This document shows positions 51,667 through 63,299 of a stretch of 64,000 nucleotides of DNA, piece by piece (positions within the stretch are counted from its first letter, which is position 1; every line of letters starts with the position of its first letter). The stretch comes from Iphione sp. A-MEVVRFRX5 (lineage: Eukaryota), in NCBI GenBank assembly GCA_976226885.1, contig OZ320313.1, forward strand, positions 75,268,001 through 75,332,000, given 5' to 3'. The position numbers and the translations under genes are program-made. The notes under the pieces were generated by a model. The model saw nothing but the letters and a program-made list of their open reading frames with translations. It ran no database searches and had not been told where the DNA came from.

Positions 51667-51847
51667 GTTCGGACGTGGCTAGCGTATACGTCGTGGTGCA
51701 ACCGTGTCTTGTGATTGTCTGTCTTTCAATTGGTCAGACAGTTGGGATGGAACCCAGTTGGCAGGGAGAGGAGAAGCATTGCCATGGATTGTTAAGGTAA
51801 CGATTCCATGTCCATTGTGATGTCAAAAAAAAAAAAAATAAAAAAAA
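51667..51847 (+). mobile_element. Retroposed SINE-like copy with a poly(A) tail and 16-bp TSD
   Basis: TAATACTATTGAAATC at 51651-51666 and 51848-51863; A-tail 51825-51847; body homologous to 27403-27543. Confidence 0.88.
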
Positions 51848-52199
51848 TAATACTATTGAAATCATTCAGGTTGATAATAACATTTTGGATTTTTGAGATA
51901 GCATTGATGAAATTTATTTCAGCTTTTGGATGACACCACTCAATAATTCCTTGCTGAATATATTTCTCATTTACCTTATCAAAGGTGACTTCTGTCAATG
52001 GTGACCATATGATCTTCGCTGGTTCTGGTAACTCTTATTCTTTCAGTGTGCATGGAGATCAACAGAGAAAATGTTTGTATGGGGATATCAGTGCTGTTTT
52101 CTACTGGGATAGTGCCAAATTCCTGTTTTGGAGTTCTGATTTTCAAGTCGCCTATGTCACGAAAGATTATTATTTGATTTGATCTGAACAATTTATTGA

Positions 52200-54080
52200 G
52201 CAACCTATATCACTACATAGTAATGCTTTTCAAATGATGCTTACTTAATGTTATCACTTTTATTTGGGCAGTCTGTCAGTGCAAGAATTGTTCAGGTTGT
52301 TTTTTAATCGTTGTTTTGGCATGCTCTGCATGGAGGCTTGGAGGTCATTCCATGCCTGGATCCCAATATATAAATAGCTATTCATGTAGACTGCAGTCCT
52401 TGATAGCTCCTTGGCTAACCAAGTCTTTGATCCTGCTCTTGTATTTCCACCCCTCCGCCTTCTGTCCACTGATAGATTATCGAGGTCATGGATTATCAAC
52501 AATAAAAAATACTATCTATCAAACAAGTCTAGCAGCCCACCCTTCTTCAACATTACTCTTATTTGTCTCACCGACACCCTACCAACCATCATACATGTCC
52601 TTATAGCCATGTACCAAACCCTTAATGACATCCTGTATAAAAAGAAAGTGTAATAATGCAATCAAATCTAATAATATGAAAGCCTGCACTACATTCCTAC
52701 ACCATACCTAAAATTCAAATATAAATTTCAAATTTTCAGATTCTTGATTTTGAATTTACTACTCATTCCGTAGTTAGGAAGCTCGTGTGGTTTCAAGATT
52801 TCCTAGTTGATTATTACCTGGGAAGCCATTGTCCGTAACTTGCGGATCTTGAATGAAACGATCGCATGCGAGTGACTGATATCTGTCAGCATATATTAGT
52901 GTTCACAAGAGCTTGCTTATGACGTGGGTACTGCATGATTTTTTTCAGAAAAATCACTTGCATGATATTCACAAGCTGATCCTGCCATTTCGGTGCATTA
53001 CCTAGGTGCTTGTCAATTTGCTCTATTGTTTCCTCGATTAGATTATCTACTATTGTCTTTAGTAAGCCAGAGCAGCCCAGGCATCTGGCTTTACAGAAGA
53101 GTAATGCATGACTGTGTTGGACTAAACGAGTGCGTGTCATGTTTGATTACACATGGGGATTCGCTAGACAGATAGGGATGTTCTCTACTGAAATAGTATT
53201 GCGATTTCATTTTTAGGGTGTTCGCTTTGTCTGGCGTTATGACCTAACGTAGCTTGTACCGCTGGTTGAAAGGAATTCTCTCAGCTTTCACAAGTGCATG
53301 TACATACAATTCAAACACAGCGGCTTTGTGTCGCTTGTTACGAGTTGTTAAGGCTATTAGTCTGAATTTAAAAAAACAAACTTTTAACTGCCTCTGGAGG
53401 TATATCCACATTTATCCAAATATTCTGGAATTTCTTGGATACTTTCTCTCGATCTTCTTTTGTGTTGTCCCTTGGTGCCGCTGGCTTGCACCGGACAATG
53501 ACTACTTTGCTCTTATCTGGTATCCTGATTTCATAATTTACTATTTTCCGTTTTGTGGTTGGTTATTGAAATTGCATGACCTTCATTTTTGTATTTTTTA
53601 ATCAATTATCCTTTAGTTCGACCACTACTAGGTTACAACGTCTGCTCTGAACCTCCTCGTTTGATTTGTGATCATTAATTGCTTTCAAGTTTGCGCTGTG
53701 CTTTTTAAGCTCACGCTCAGTATAAGCCCCAATTTCCTACTGGTGATTTATGTCTTTGTTAAATTCTTGCTACTGTTCTCGGGGACATTTTGAGAGGGAG
53801 TCACTACAGATTTTTTAAACATATCCTCAAGGGCCTGAAGGTGTCTTCCGTGTTCATCAATCTGTGCTCATCATTTCCTGTTGGTTTAGAAATAGTTTTT
53901 TCTAATGTTCTGTATATATCAAACGATTTGTCGATATCGCTCTGATTGTCAGTGGCAAAACTGATAGAAAAATTGTTTCCATGGACAGAATAAGACCGTG
54001 CGTTAGCTTGCATGTCATTGGCGATAAGTTGACCAGAAGGCTTTTGTTGACTCTCATTCCCTGCGCTGCGTACCAATAGC
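52200..54080 (-). mobile_element. Heavily decayed and deleted LINE (ORF1-like, EN-RT linker and RT C-terminal pieces)
   Basis: RT C-terminal pattern NTRAG...SRTAVYMNSYLYIGIQAWNDL (52260-52502), linker-like IDKHLGNAP (about 53000) and an ORF1-like RRCNLVV segment (about 53630). Confidence 0.55.
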
Positions 54081-54225
54081 CTTTAGATACGCAGTGTTCT
54101 TTTTGCTGGATGTAGAAATGTCATTATATAGGATATAAAGCTCTCATTCCCTACGCAGCATGCCAATAGCATTCAAATGCGTAGTGTTCTTTTCAGTGGA
54201 AGTGGGAATGTCATTATATAGCTCT
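54051..54225 (+). repeat. Tandem duplication of about 90 bp
   Basis: ctctcattccct.cgc.gc.t.ccaatagc...agtgttctttt...aatgtcattatatag occurs twice. Confidence 0.85.
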
Positions 54226-57200
54226 AATCACTATCATTTCCGTTTTTTTTAATCAATGCTTTTCTTAGGTGGGGGACCTGTCTTTGCTTTGTAATTGTGA
54301 TGTAGAGTAAAAATTCAGGTATGCGCCGGAGTCAAACATAATAGAATTCAGTTGACTTATTTTAACTAGCAAATGAATGATATTTAGCATTGTTTACAAG
54401 AGAGATTTCCCCATGTTGTTCTTGTAAATCTTGTTGTAATGGATTTATTGGCTGTGAGTATCTAAGTGTCCTCGAGAGAGTCGAAGGGATAACTTTACAA
54501 ATTGTTTTGACACCAATTTTGCATAATATCTCCGTAAATTGTAAACTATGTGCGCATCGGTTGCCCATGCGTCCTCTCAGTCTGCCATATTATCAGACTT
54601 GATCGTACCATAACCAGATCGTGATGTTGATAGGGCTGAGGGCAAGGTGGCGATGATTATACAGTATGATGTGTGTCTATTGGCATCGTCTTCACAACGA
54701 TCAGCTACATTAGGCCAGTCAGAGAAAGTAGGAGTCCCGTCAAATTAAGAAGGACTCTCTTAGCCACTGTATCTGGTGGGTGACTTGGTGTTCACAGGGG
54801 GCGTTAACTAAATTAGTGAAGCATTTTTGGAGTATTCGAATTTACCGCAAAGCGTTATTTACTTTCTAAATTGTGCGCGAAGTGCTATTCAATTATTGTT
54901 GATGAAGCGCTATCAAAGGATCGATTCTTGGTGAAGCGTTATTTGCTCATCCTATAAGCGTTATAACTACTTTGAATTCTTGGTGAAGCGTTATTGGCTT
55001 TAACACGACCCCTCCCCTGTATTTTCCGGCTCCAACTTCAATTTTATTAACATTATCTCATCATTGGATAAGAGCTTCGAACAACGGGTTAATCTTTCAC
55101 CTTGCATCTCCACTAAAATAGCTCAATAGTGACCAGTTTTGTGGTGAAGGGTTGTGGCCACAGGTGCTTCGCCATAGAGGCAGCACTAATCGGCAATTAT
55201 GAAGGCTTCTGCCTTTGCATGTAGCAGGGGAAACAGTGGGTGTGGAAGGGTCTGGGTCCTGACAACTACTGTCAAGAGCTCTGCCCAGGGTCCCCCACCT
55301 GATTGGATTGGGGGAGTTGGGAAACCCCTTCTTAGGTAACAGTGCTGAGTTAGATGAGTATCAGGCTCCCATACTAATGATTGATAGGTATCTGTGAGGG
55401 ACATGGATTGACCATGTATACCCAGGCATGATTAGTACTAAGGACATCATCACTAACACCCTGAAACCGAGTTACAGCAGGGAGACCTCTGCCCGTATCT
55501 GAGTGCACACATAACTGCAGTAGTGAGAACCTAGGGTAGCAGGTTTTATGCTACAGTCCTAGGTAGGCCTGCTTAGGATTACAGGCTGGTCAAGACCTAT
55601 GGCCCAGCCTACACCACACAATATGGCAGACACTTGGGACTGGATTCCCTTGGGCCTGAAGGGGAAAAGGGGGTCTCCCCTAGGGTGAGGGACTCCAGTG
55701 GGGGACGAAGGGGGGAGGCCAACACTCACATACTCCACTGCACCTGTAATCTCAGCAGGTCCTATGCTGCGCGTCCCACTCGAGGCTCTTTATCTCCACT
55801 AAAGTGCATGATTTTATTTGATGCAGAGTATCCCTTTCGTATTTGGGACATCTGTTGTGTACACCTGTTCCCTTTGTTTACCTTTCACCGGTAATAGATT
55901 TCAGCATGCAGAATGATAGAACTACATGTACTATACTTGTGGTAAGTTTTGCCCTGTATTAGTCCTTTAAGTGCAGAAGGGAAGAATCTGTGGAAGAGAG
56001 TGATTACTTGAACACTACCGGTCTGGGAATAAACCTTGAAGAATAATATTGGCCAGAACCCTGTACTGGCCTTGGCCTTACCCATTCTCAGCAGAGTTAC
56101 CCAGGGTTAGCTCTGGGCAGAGTTCAGTGAGCACTGTTGTTGGCTGGGGCCTGTACTGGCATTGTCAGTGGAGTTACTCTGGGCTAGCGCCAGGCAGAGT
56201 TAAGCAAACACTATAAAAAAAAATATAGCAGAGTTGTTATCAGATGTATGGTTACTGTTCAATAAATAACTTCTAAAAATTGAACTTGGTATGGCTCTTC
56301 GATCGGGGCAAACAATATATTTTTGTCTAAATTGCCTACCCAGTAAGTACATTGCACTGAACAAATGTAGGCCTACTATATTAAAGAATGTCTTTAAAAT
56401 TACATGTCTGCATATTACGTATGTCAATCCTGAAAGTCAGCCCGAATCTTTTTACATTGTTTTTTTCCTCAGGGCTCAACTTTTCCTACAACTACCTACC
56501 CTCCCACCATTCGAAGACTTTGCCTCAGACGGGAGTATATTTAGTCAGTCAATAGCTGCCTTGCTCCATTTTGCTGTCTCTTTTTCCATCTCATTCCATC
56601 TTGCTCGCTCCGTTACAAAATTACTCAAGGTCAAATTCGCTCCATAAGATAATCTGCAGTTCACACCATATCACGAAGGGGCAAGGGCACTGTGCATTAC
56701 CCAGACTCTATGAAAAAAATCACAGTTAAAGCACACAAGGCCAAACCACTATGTTTTGGACAAAAAGCTATAACATTAGGATAAAGTCAGTATTCACTCA
56801 CTAGCTTTTCGTAATTACTCATTTTTCTGAACCTATTGAGGGCTGGGGCATTGGCTAGAAAACGGCGAGGGCCATATATGTATACATGTATATGTGAATT
56901 ATAATATTATTATAACAATATATGTCGCAAAAGGCATTGGTGTCTGTTGTATCCTAGCAATGTACGTCACACCATTCCTAACGACACTCGCTTTGAAAAT
57001 TTGTTGCAATAAGTATGTATCTTCTTGGCTGAGTGTTATGGAGAGATATTGTAAAAAGTGTGACTTCAAACATGTCTCTCCTCAGAATGACATCTATGAT
57101 GGATGAATCTGAAGAAATAGTCCAGAAAACTGAGTTTGTTGAGAATTCAGTGGAGAAAAGTTTTGAGAAGCTCGAGACAATGATGAAAGTCTTGCTGGCG

Positions 57201-58283
57201 AGCAGGTCATCACCAGCTCAGAGGAGCAAGAAAAAGAAATCTCTGGTTGAGGATGATGTTTCCAGCGATGAGAGTGATGATTCATCAAGTTCTGATGATG
57301 AGGATGATGCCAGTAGTGCCAGGGGGACATCAAAGAAAAAGAAATCAGGAGATAAGAAGTTCTAATACTCTAGTGGTGAAAGTGCCTATACTTTCTTCGA
57401 CAAAGCAAGTAAATTTGTCAGAGGACAAATTTACTCTGACGTCACAATAGACTTGTATGTTCCATTTTAACCCAAACAAAATGGCTGATGAGCACCGATT
57501 CGACTTTTATACTTGGAAATATTGAAAAAATAGATAATTTTGAGCAACACCAAGTGGAAAATACCCCAGATTCTGTAGTAACAAATATTTCTGGCATGAT
57601 TGATAGCCATTTTGACTTGTATTTTGCTTTTTACAAGTACTCTTAGCACAGGACGTCATGATGGCTATGAATGTTAGATCAACGACTCCCTTAAAGATCG
57701 ACTCCATCGCAAAAACTGGATCGACCATGCCCAAACCCTCCGGGCTGGCTCAGCATACCCAGTGTACCCATCCGGCCTTTCCTTATCTCGGGAACACTAA
57801 CGTTCCTTTTCAAATGCATAGTCAGCAAGTTTCCAACATTTCGTGACGCAATTCGAAGCAATCCAGGCAGGAATGAGCAATTCCCCTCTTTCGCAAGAGC
57901 AGTTACTAGATCAAAGAGAACTTACACCTTGCCATGACTCAATCTGAGAGGGATCCGACAGGTGAGGAATACTTCTCCCTTTTTTTATGGCCCTGTTTAT
58001 AGGTCTCAAGGCATACCTGCCAAATTCCCACCTGTGTAACTCCGGTCCGAATTCCTCCCCGAATGAGCTGAGCTCGGACCCCGGCCCCTTCAAAGAGGCT
58101 GGGCCCTTTCTCATTATCCATCTAGTTAGTTTCCCTGCCCATAAACCAAGTGTTATGACCATCATGACAGTTTTGGTTCCTCTTTTAGCTTAAGCTGACG
58201 TTTATGACTCTCATCAATCTTCGTCAGAAGATTGTGCAATTCTTAGGGCCCTCATTTGTCTTTTCCTGGAATCCCTTTGATCT

Positions 58284-58900
58284 TGTGGGACCTGCCGTGC
58301 AGTGCTTACTTATGTGAGCCAATGGGAAGAGTCCCCTCTCCCAATCCTCCAATCGGAATAGTCCCTTTTCAGCCAATGGGAAGTACGGACTTGGGACAGA
58401 GTTTGTATATAAGAGAGAGCTCCACATCCCCTTCAGATTAAGATCAGAAAAGATTAGAAAAGAACAGAACGAAAGAGAGAGAGCAAACCACCTTCTTAGA
58501 TAACACCCAAGCGGCTGAGCCCAGACCAGAATCCTGCTGGAGGAGTCATCCACCCCGCGATCTTCATCAAGCACCCGTTCACTAGGAAGGACTCCACATC
58601 CAGAAGGACTCTAATACTCCCCGTCCAGATGTTCGAACCCACAGGCTCTGGTCTGGCTCGCAAGCCCGCAATTCTCCCCGACATGTAAGCTCAGCTCTGC
58701 CACTGATCTGTCATCCATAAGCCGCTGTCAAGGGAGGAGAGTATCATCCCTCTGATGTGCTCGGAATAAAGCCCTCTGTAAAACTTATCCTCGGTTTTAT
58801 TGTTCCTCGTTTCCGTCATCATGCCATACCATTTGAAGAAGCCGACTAAGTGCTCTCTGAACGCTTAGAATAAAGCAACACGGGACGTGTAACCTGTGGC
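58284..58900 (+). mobile_element. LTR-like segment (CCAAT x3, TATA, poly(A) signal) followed by a PBS-like sequence
   Basis: AGCCAATGGGAAG at about 58317 and 58371, CCAATC at about 58349, GTATATAAG at about 58406, AATAAA at about 58767 and 58869, TG...CA-type ends possible, then TGGTCCCTATCGAAGC at about 58911. No second LTR copy in the window. Confidence 0.45.
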
Positions 58901-59339
58901 AAAGCTTTATTGGTCCCTATCGAAGCAGGGAATCATCGAGTTGAAAGCCCGAGACTGGAATCAGTACGGGCGGTGGACGAAGAAGATCTTCACGACTCGA
59001 GGACGCTCCGAGATAAGAGGTGCTTTATTCATACCCATACGATCCCCGAGGGAAACGAAACCCTCACCTCTCAACGACAAACGAAACGGACCAGAGAAAG
59101 AAGAAGAAACATTTAAAATAAGACTCTGGTGCCACTGAGAGGAGACAATATTACATGAACAAGAAGTCAACAAAGAATCTAACCATTGCGCATGCTCAGC
59201 AGAGTTATTGGGTCAAACCTGTGCACACTAGTGGTGGAAGATGACAACATGCCATCCGCTCTTTTGTAAATGTGCTATTAGCGATTCAAATTAGAGGAAT
59301 AATTTGTATATATAAACATTGAAATTGTACTTCTATCGT

Positions 59340-59460
59340 TATTAGAACAGCTATTAAGTGAGTTATTCGTGATTTATCTGCTGACAAAGTCACTCTCACC
59401 TCGGGGAGGGACTGCAGCAGAAAAATCACTCCTAACTCGCTTAATTGCTCAGTTCTAATA
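59340..59460. repeat. 121-bp imperfect palindrome
   Basis: TATTAGAAC..AGCTATTAAGTGAGTT pairs with AACTCGCTTAATTGCTCAGTTCTAATA; inner arms GTGATTTATCTGCTG and CAGCAGAAAAATCAC. Confidence 0.9.
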
Positions 59461-62400
59461 TTCTAGTGGTGAAAGTGCCTATACTTTCTTCGATCAAGCA
59501 AGTAAATTTGTCAGAGGACAAATTCACTCTGACGTCACAATAGACTTGTATGTTCCATTTTAACCCAAACAAAATGGCTGATGAGCACCGATTCGACTTT
59601 TATACTTGGAAATATTGAAAAAATAGATAATTTTGAGCAACACCAAGTGGAAAATACCCCAGAGATGAAAGAAGTTGTCTAACTCCCATTTTGTCGAGAA
59701 TGAGAAGGTAGTGAAGTTTGAAGACCTTATGGTACGGTCCTTTGGCTTGTTGAAGAAGCTGATCGAGCAAGGTGAAGACATCTCTGGCTACATCGAGCAT
59801 ATTGCATTTTTGGCAGACAGGGCATCTACTTGCATATACACCAATGAGTCTCTCATTGACTACGATAGTCAGATGAGGAGCAAAGCAGCTGAAGAGGGCA
59901 TCCGGCGGTTCTGCTATGGGGATACAGTGCTGATTTACAGATGCCTTAGCTAAGATGCTACAGTGGATGTGGCTAAATCTAGGGAATCGAAGAAGAAATT
60001 CAAGAAGCAGTTCAATAGTGGAACCTGTGATGTGCCTGAGTGTCATTTTAGGCATGTTTGTCATTCTTGCTTACAGGCGGGGCATTGGTCGAAGGAATGT
60101 GTGTTTAACAAATCAACAGGTGGCGACAGTGGTGTGACGAAAAATAGAACGTCAAGAAAGGATTGACTAGGACATTTCAAGGATGCTGATGGCAAGGAAC
60201 GAGGGAAATGTGAGTCTGATATCATTGACTTTGTGCCTAACATGAATTATTGGTCATTCAAGAGTCACAGCAGCTTGTGTGAGATCAAGTCATCAAGTCA
60301 AAGGACGATGTATTTGATTGTGACTTGGGGGAATGATGTAAGTGACAGTCCAGAGGTGATCACTCATTATATTTTGAAGTGCTTTGTGTGTGATGATGTA
60401 AGCTACAAGGATGCTATCTTGGTGGTAAGAAGCCACAGTGGCTTTAGGACTATTCCTATATATCAAAATTGTATTGATGGTAAATGTGAGTGCACATTTG
60501 AAATAGGTGGTGTAAGGAGCCCATTGAAGGTATGCAGATGTTTTTCCTTCTTGTCCCATTCATCATTACATGATGAGTATGTGTTGAAGTTGTGGGAAGG
60601 AATAAGTGATGGCAACATCGTTGATGATGGTTGTGACACGAAGTATTATTGTGAAAACTACAATTCGATTTTGTCACCAGAATTCAAGACTCAGATGGAT
60701 GACAAAATCAGGACTGAATTGGAGAGAGGTTTCATTAGTAAATGTGACTATGTGCCTAGGTGTGTGAACTCGCTTGGTGGTGTTTCCAAGAGTGATGGTA
60801 GTCTGCGGCCTATAACAGATTGTTCAATGCCCAGTGAGAAAGCTATCAATAACTACATGAAGGAAACACACCAGGAATTTGATTGTCACTCAGTTGATGA
60901 TGAGCGCAATATTTTGGATGAAGGAGATTGGATGTCGACTTGTGATATTAAGAGCGCATATAGGTCTGTATTGGTTAATGAAAATCACAGAGAATTCCAG
61001 GGTTTTGCCTGGAAGCGATGTGATGGTAAATCCTCATATTATGTCAACAATGTGTTGTGTTTCGGTTGAAATGTGCTTGTTATATTTTCAGTTTGATATC
61101 AGACTTCATTGTGAGTGAATTTAGATACATGTGTGGTGGCAGAGTAGTGAACTACTTGGATGACTTTATAGCTATTGCCACCACAGAGGAGGAATGTGAA
61201 GTCCTTCAAAGTACATTGAAGGAAGTGATTTCGAGTATAGGTTTCGAAGTTGCGGCTACTAAATGTTGTAGTCCATGTACTAAATGCAAATTCCTTGACA
61301 TATTGATCGATTTGATCATAATGGAGTTGTCCTTGCCTGAGGATAAGGTAGTGAAGGTGAAGGAGAAAATTAAAATTGCCATAGAGAGAAGTTTGTTTAT
61401 CAAGAAAAGAGTTGGAAAGTCTGGCCAGTTCATTGTCACACTGTGCAATAATGATAAAAGCAGGGAGAACATACACCAGAGCTTTGTATGATTTGGTGGA
61501 AAGGGCCAAAAATTGAAGATGGAAAGTAGCTCTGTCAGAGGAGATCGTAGGTGATCTGAAATGGTGGTTACAGTTCATAGAGATGTTTAATGGAAAGAAG
61601 TGTATTATCAGAACTGTTCTTGTTAACCATGTTGTAACTACTGACTCATCACTTAAAGGTTTCAGTGGATGGACTGGAACAGACTGGTTCTTTGGTAAAT
61701 GGGAGAATAAACCTTGGCCTATTGATGCTTGTAAACATCATATAGAGACAGTTCCAGTATTTGATAGCTATGATAAACACATAAAAGTTTATGAGTTATG
61801 GGCTGTACTAGTTGCACTAAAGAGGTGGGGAGATTTGTCCCATGACAGCATGATTCTGATAAGAGTGGACAACATGAGTGTCCTGTACATGCTCAGGACC
61901 GGATGCAGTAAAAATAGGGCTTGTATGAGATGGTTATGTGAAATATTCTGGTGTTGCCTGCTAAAGAATATTCTCTTTAAGGTAGAGTATATTGATTCTA
62001 AATCAAACTATTTGGCAGATGCTTTATCAAGATTTTCTGCAAAAGACTATTTGCATGTCTTGGAGAAACATTTATGGTTTAGTAGAGCCTGTTGCAAAGA
62101 TAAAATTGAATATATTTGCAGGAGACCTCACGGCACTGAAGAGGGAGATGATCTTGCTGAAGGAGAAGGCACAGTCTATCAACACCAAGAAGTGTAGAGA
62201 CCTGCAACTGCAGAAATATGTGGAATTTTGCAATAGTTTCAATCTTGAATGTTTTCCATGCTCAAGTTAGTAGGCCTGTATGTATTTGGCATATTTGGGG
62301 AGAACCATGTGTTTCTCTTCTATTGGGAATTATTTTTCTAGTTTGGTTTATTGGTGTTAAGTCAGGGGGTGTACTCCCCCTGACTATAATGATTTTGGCA

Positions 62401-63299
62401 TATCCCAGGTTATGATGGGCCTTAGGAAGACTAGAGACAGGCCACATGTTCGAGTTCATGCCTTTAATTTCGAGGAGTTAGTAGGGATATTTGATGTTTT
62501 GGATCATTCAAGGAAAATGGATAGGTTATTTTGGTTGGCCTGTATTGTTGCCTTCTGCTGCCTTCTGAGGAAGCAGTCCTTTGCTCTGCAACTGGGTTAT
62601 TATGGGAAGATATAGGATTCACTGAGTTTGGGGTGGTGGTTCATGTTCAGCATGGTAAATGTATTAAGAGCATTAGGGATGCTTATGCCATTCCCTTATT
62701 TCATTGTTTAAATTACAAGTTTTGTGCAGCCACCTGGCTGAGACTGTGGAAGGCTGAAAGTTTCAATGGTCAAAAGAGTCTTTTATTAAAAAAGAGCATG
62801 GTTATTGTCTCACTTACAGTGATTTATGAGCAAATTAAAAATTGTATGTGCTAATTTAGGTTTGTTTTTTTTTCTTCATTTATTTTCATCTGGAAAAATA
62901 GGAGGCACATGGCCTTTGAATGCCAGCTATAGTTTTGCGTCTTTCCAGTGGCAGTCAGTATAGTACAATCAAGTATTGCCATTTCATTAATATAAACAGT
63001 AATAACATTTAAATGCAGGTTATGGAAAATGAGAAAAACAGGAAAAGAGAGACATCAATAATGACTAGAATAAAGAAAAGTAGAGATTGTACAGTATGTA
63101 GTATATAGAATATAGAGTATAGTGTAGTGTAGTGTAAATTGCACAATGCTCGTTGGTAGATCAGTTCCTTGTTCTGTTCAGTGTCATGAATGGTAACACC
63201 CTGATCAAATATTTTAACAAACCGACCAGTAGATACAAGCAGGGCCGAGTGTTTATCATTTGTTGTACATGTTTACTCCTACATGCATTGCACTTTTAG

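Larger units (their letters stand above)
57358..59663. mobile_element. 2.3-kb non-coding insertion bounded by 213-bp direct repeats, nested in the YR-element gag
   Basis: 57358-57570 and 59451-59663 differ at about 4 of 213 positions. AAGAAGTT occurs at both junctions, and the gag frame (SGDKK|LSNSHF) resumes after the insertion. Confidence 0.85.
57033..62980 (+). mobile_element. Tyrosine-recombinase (DIRS-order, Ngaro-like) retrotransposon, decayed and interrupted
   Basis: gag: 57033-57361 plus 59669-60166 (CHFRHVCHSCLQAGHWSKEC zinc knuckle). RT: 60233-61491 (LRPITDCS, CDIKSAYRSV, NVLCFG, VVNYLDDF). RNase H: 61583-62197 (TTDSSLKGF, YELWAVLVAL, VDNMSV, SNYLADALSR). YR overlaps the RNase H 3' end, about 62100-62980 (FWLACIVAFCCLLRK). 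No MT domain seen and terminal repeats not found. Confidence 0.9.

Noticed and set aside
51667-51824. 7SK identity for the retroposed RNA (5' GGACGTG pairing with CATGTCC)
   Set aside because: Lacks the GAUC motifs of the 7SK 5' hairpin; kept as unidentified.
57484-57510. Hammerhead in the 213-bp direct repeat (CTGATGAGCACCGATTCGACT)
   Set aside because: GACT instead of GAAA, and no stems I or III can be formed.
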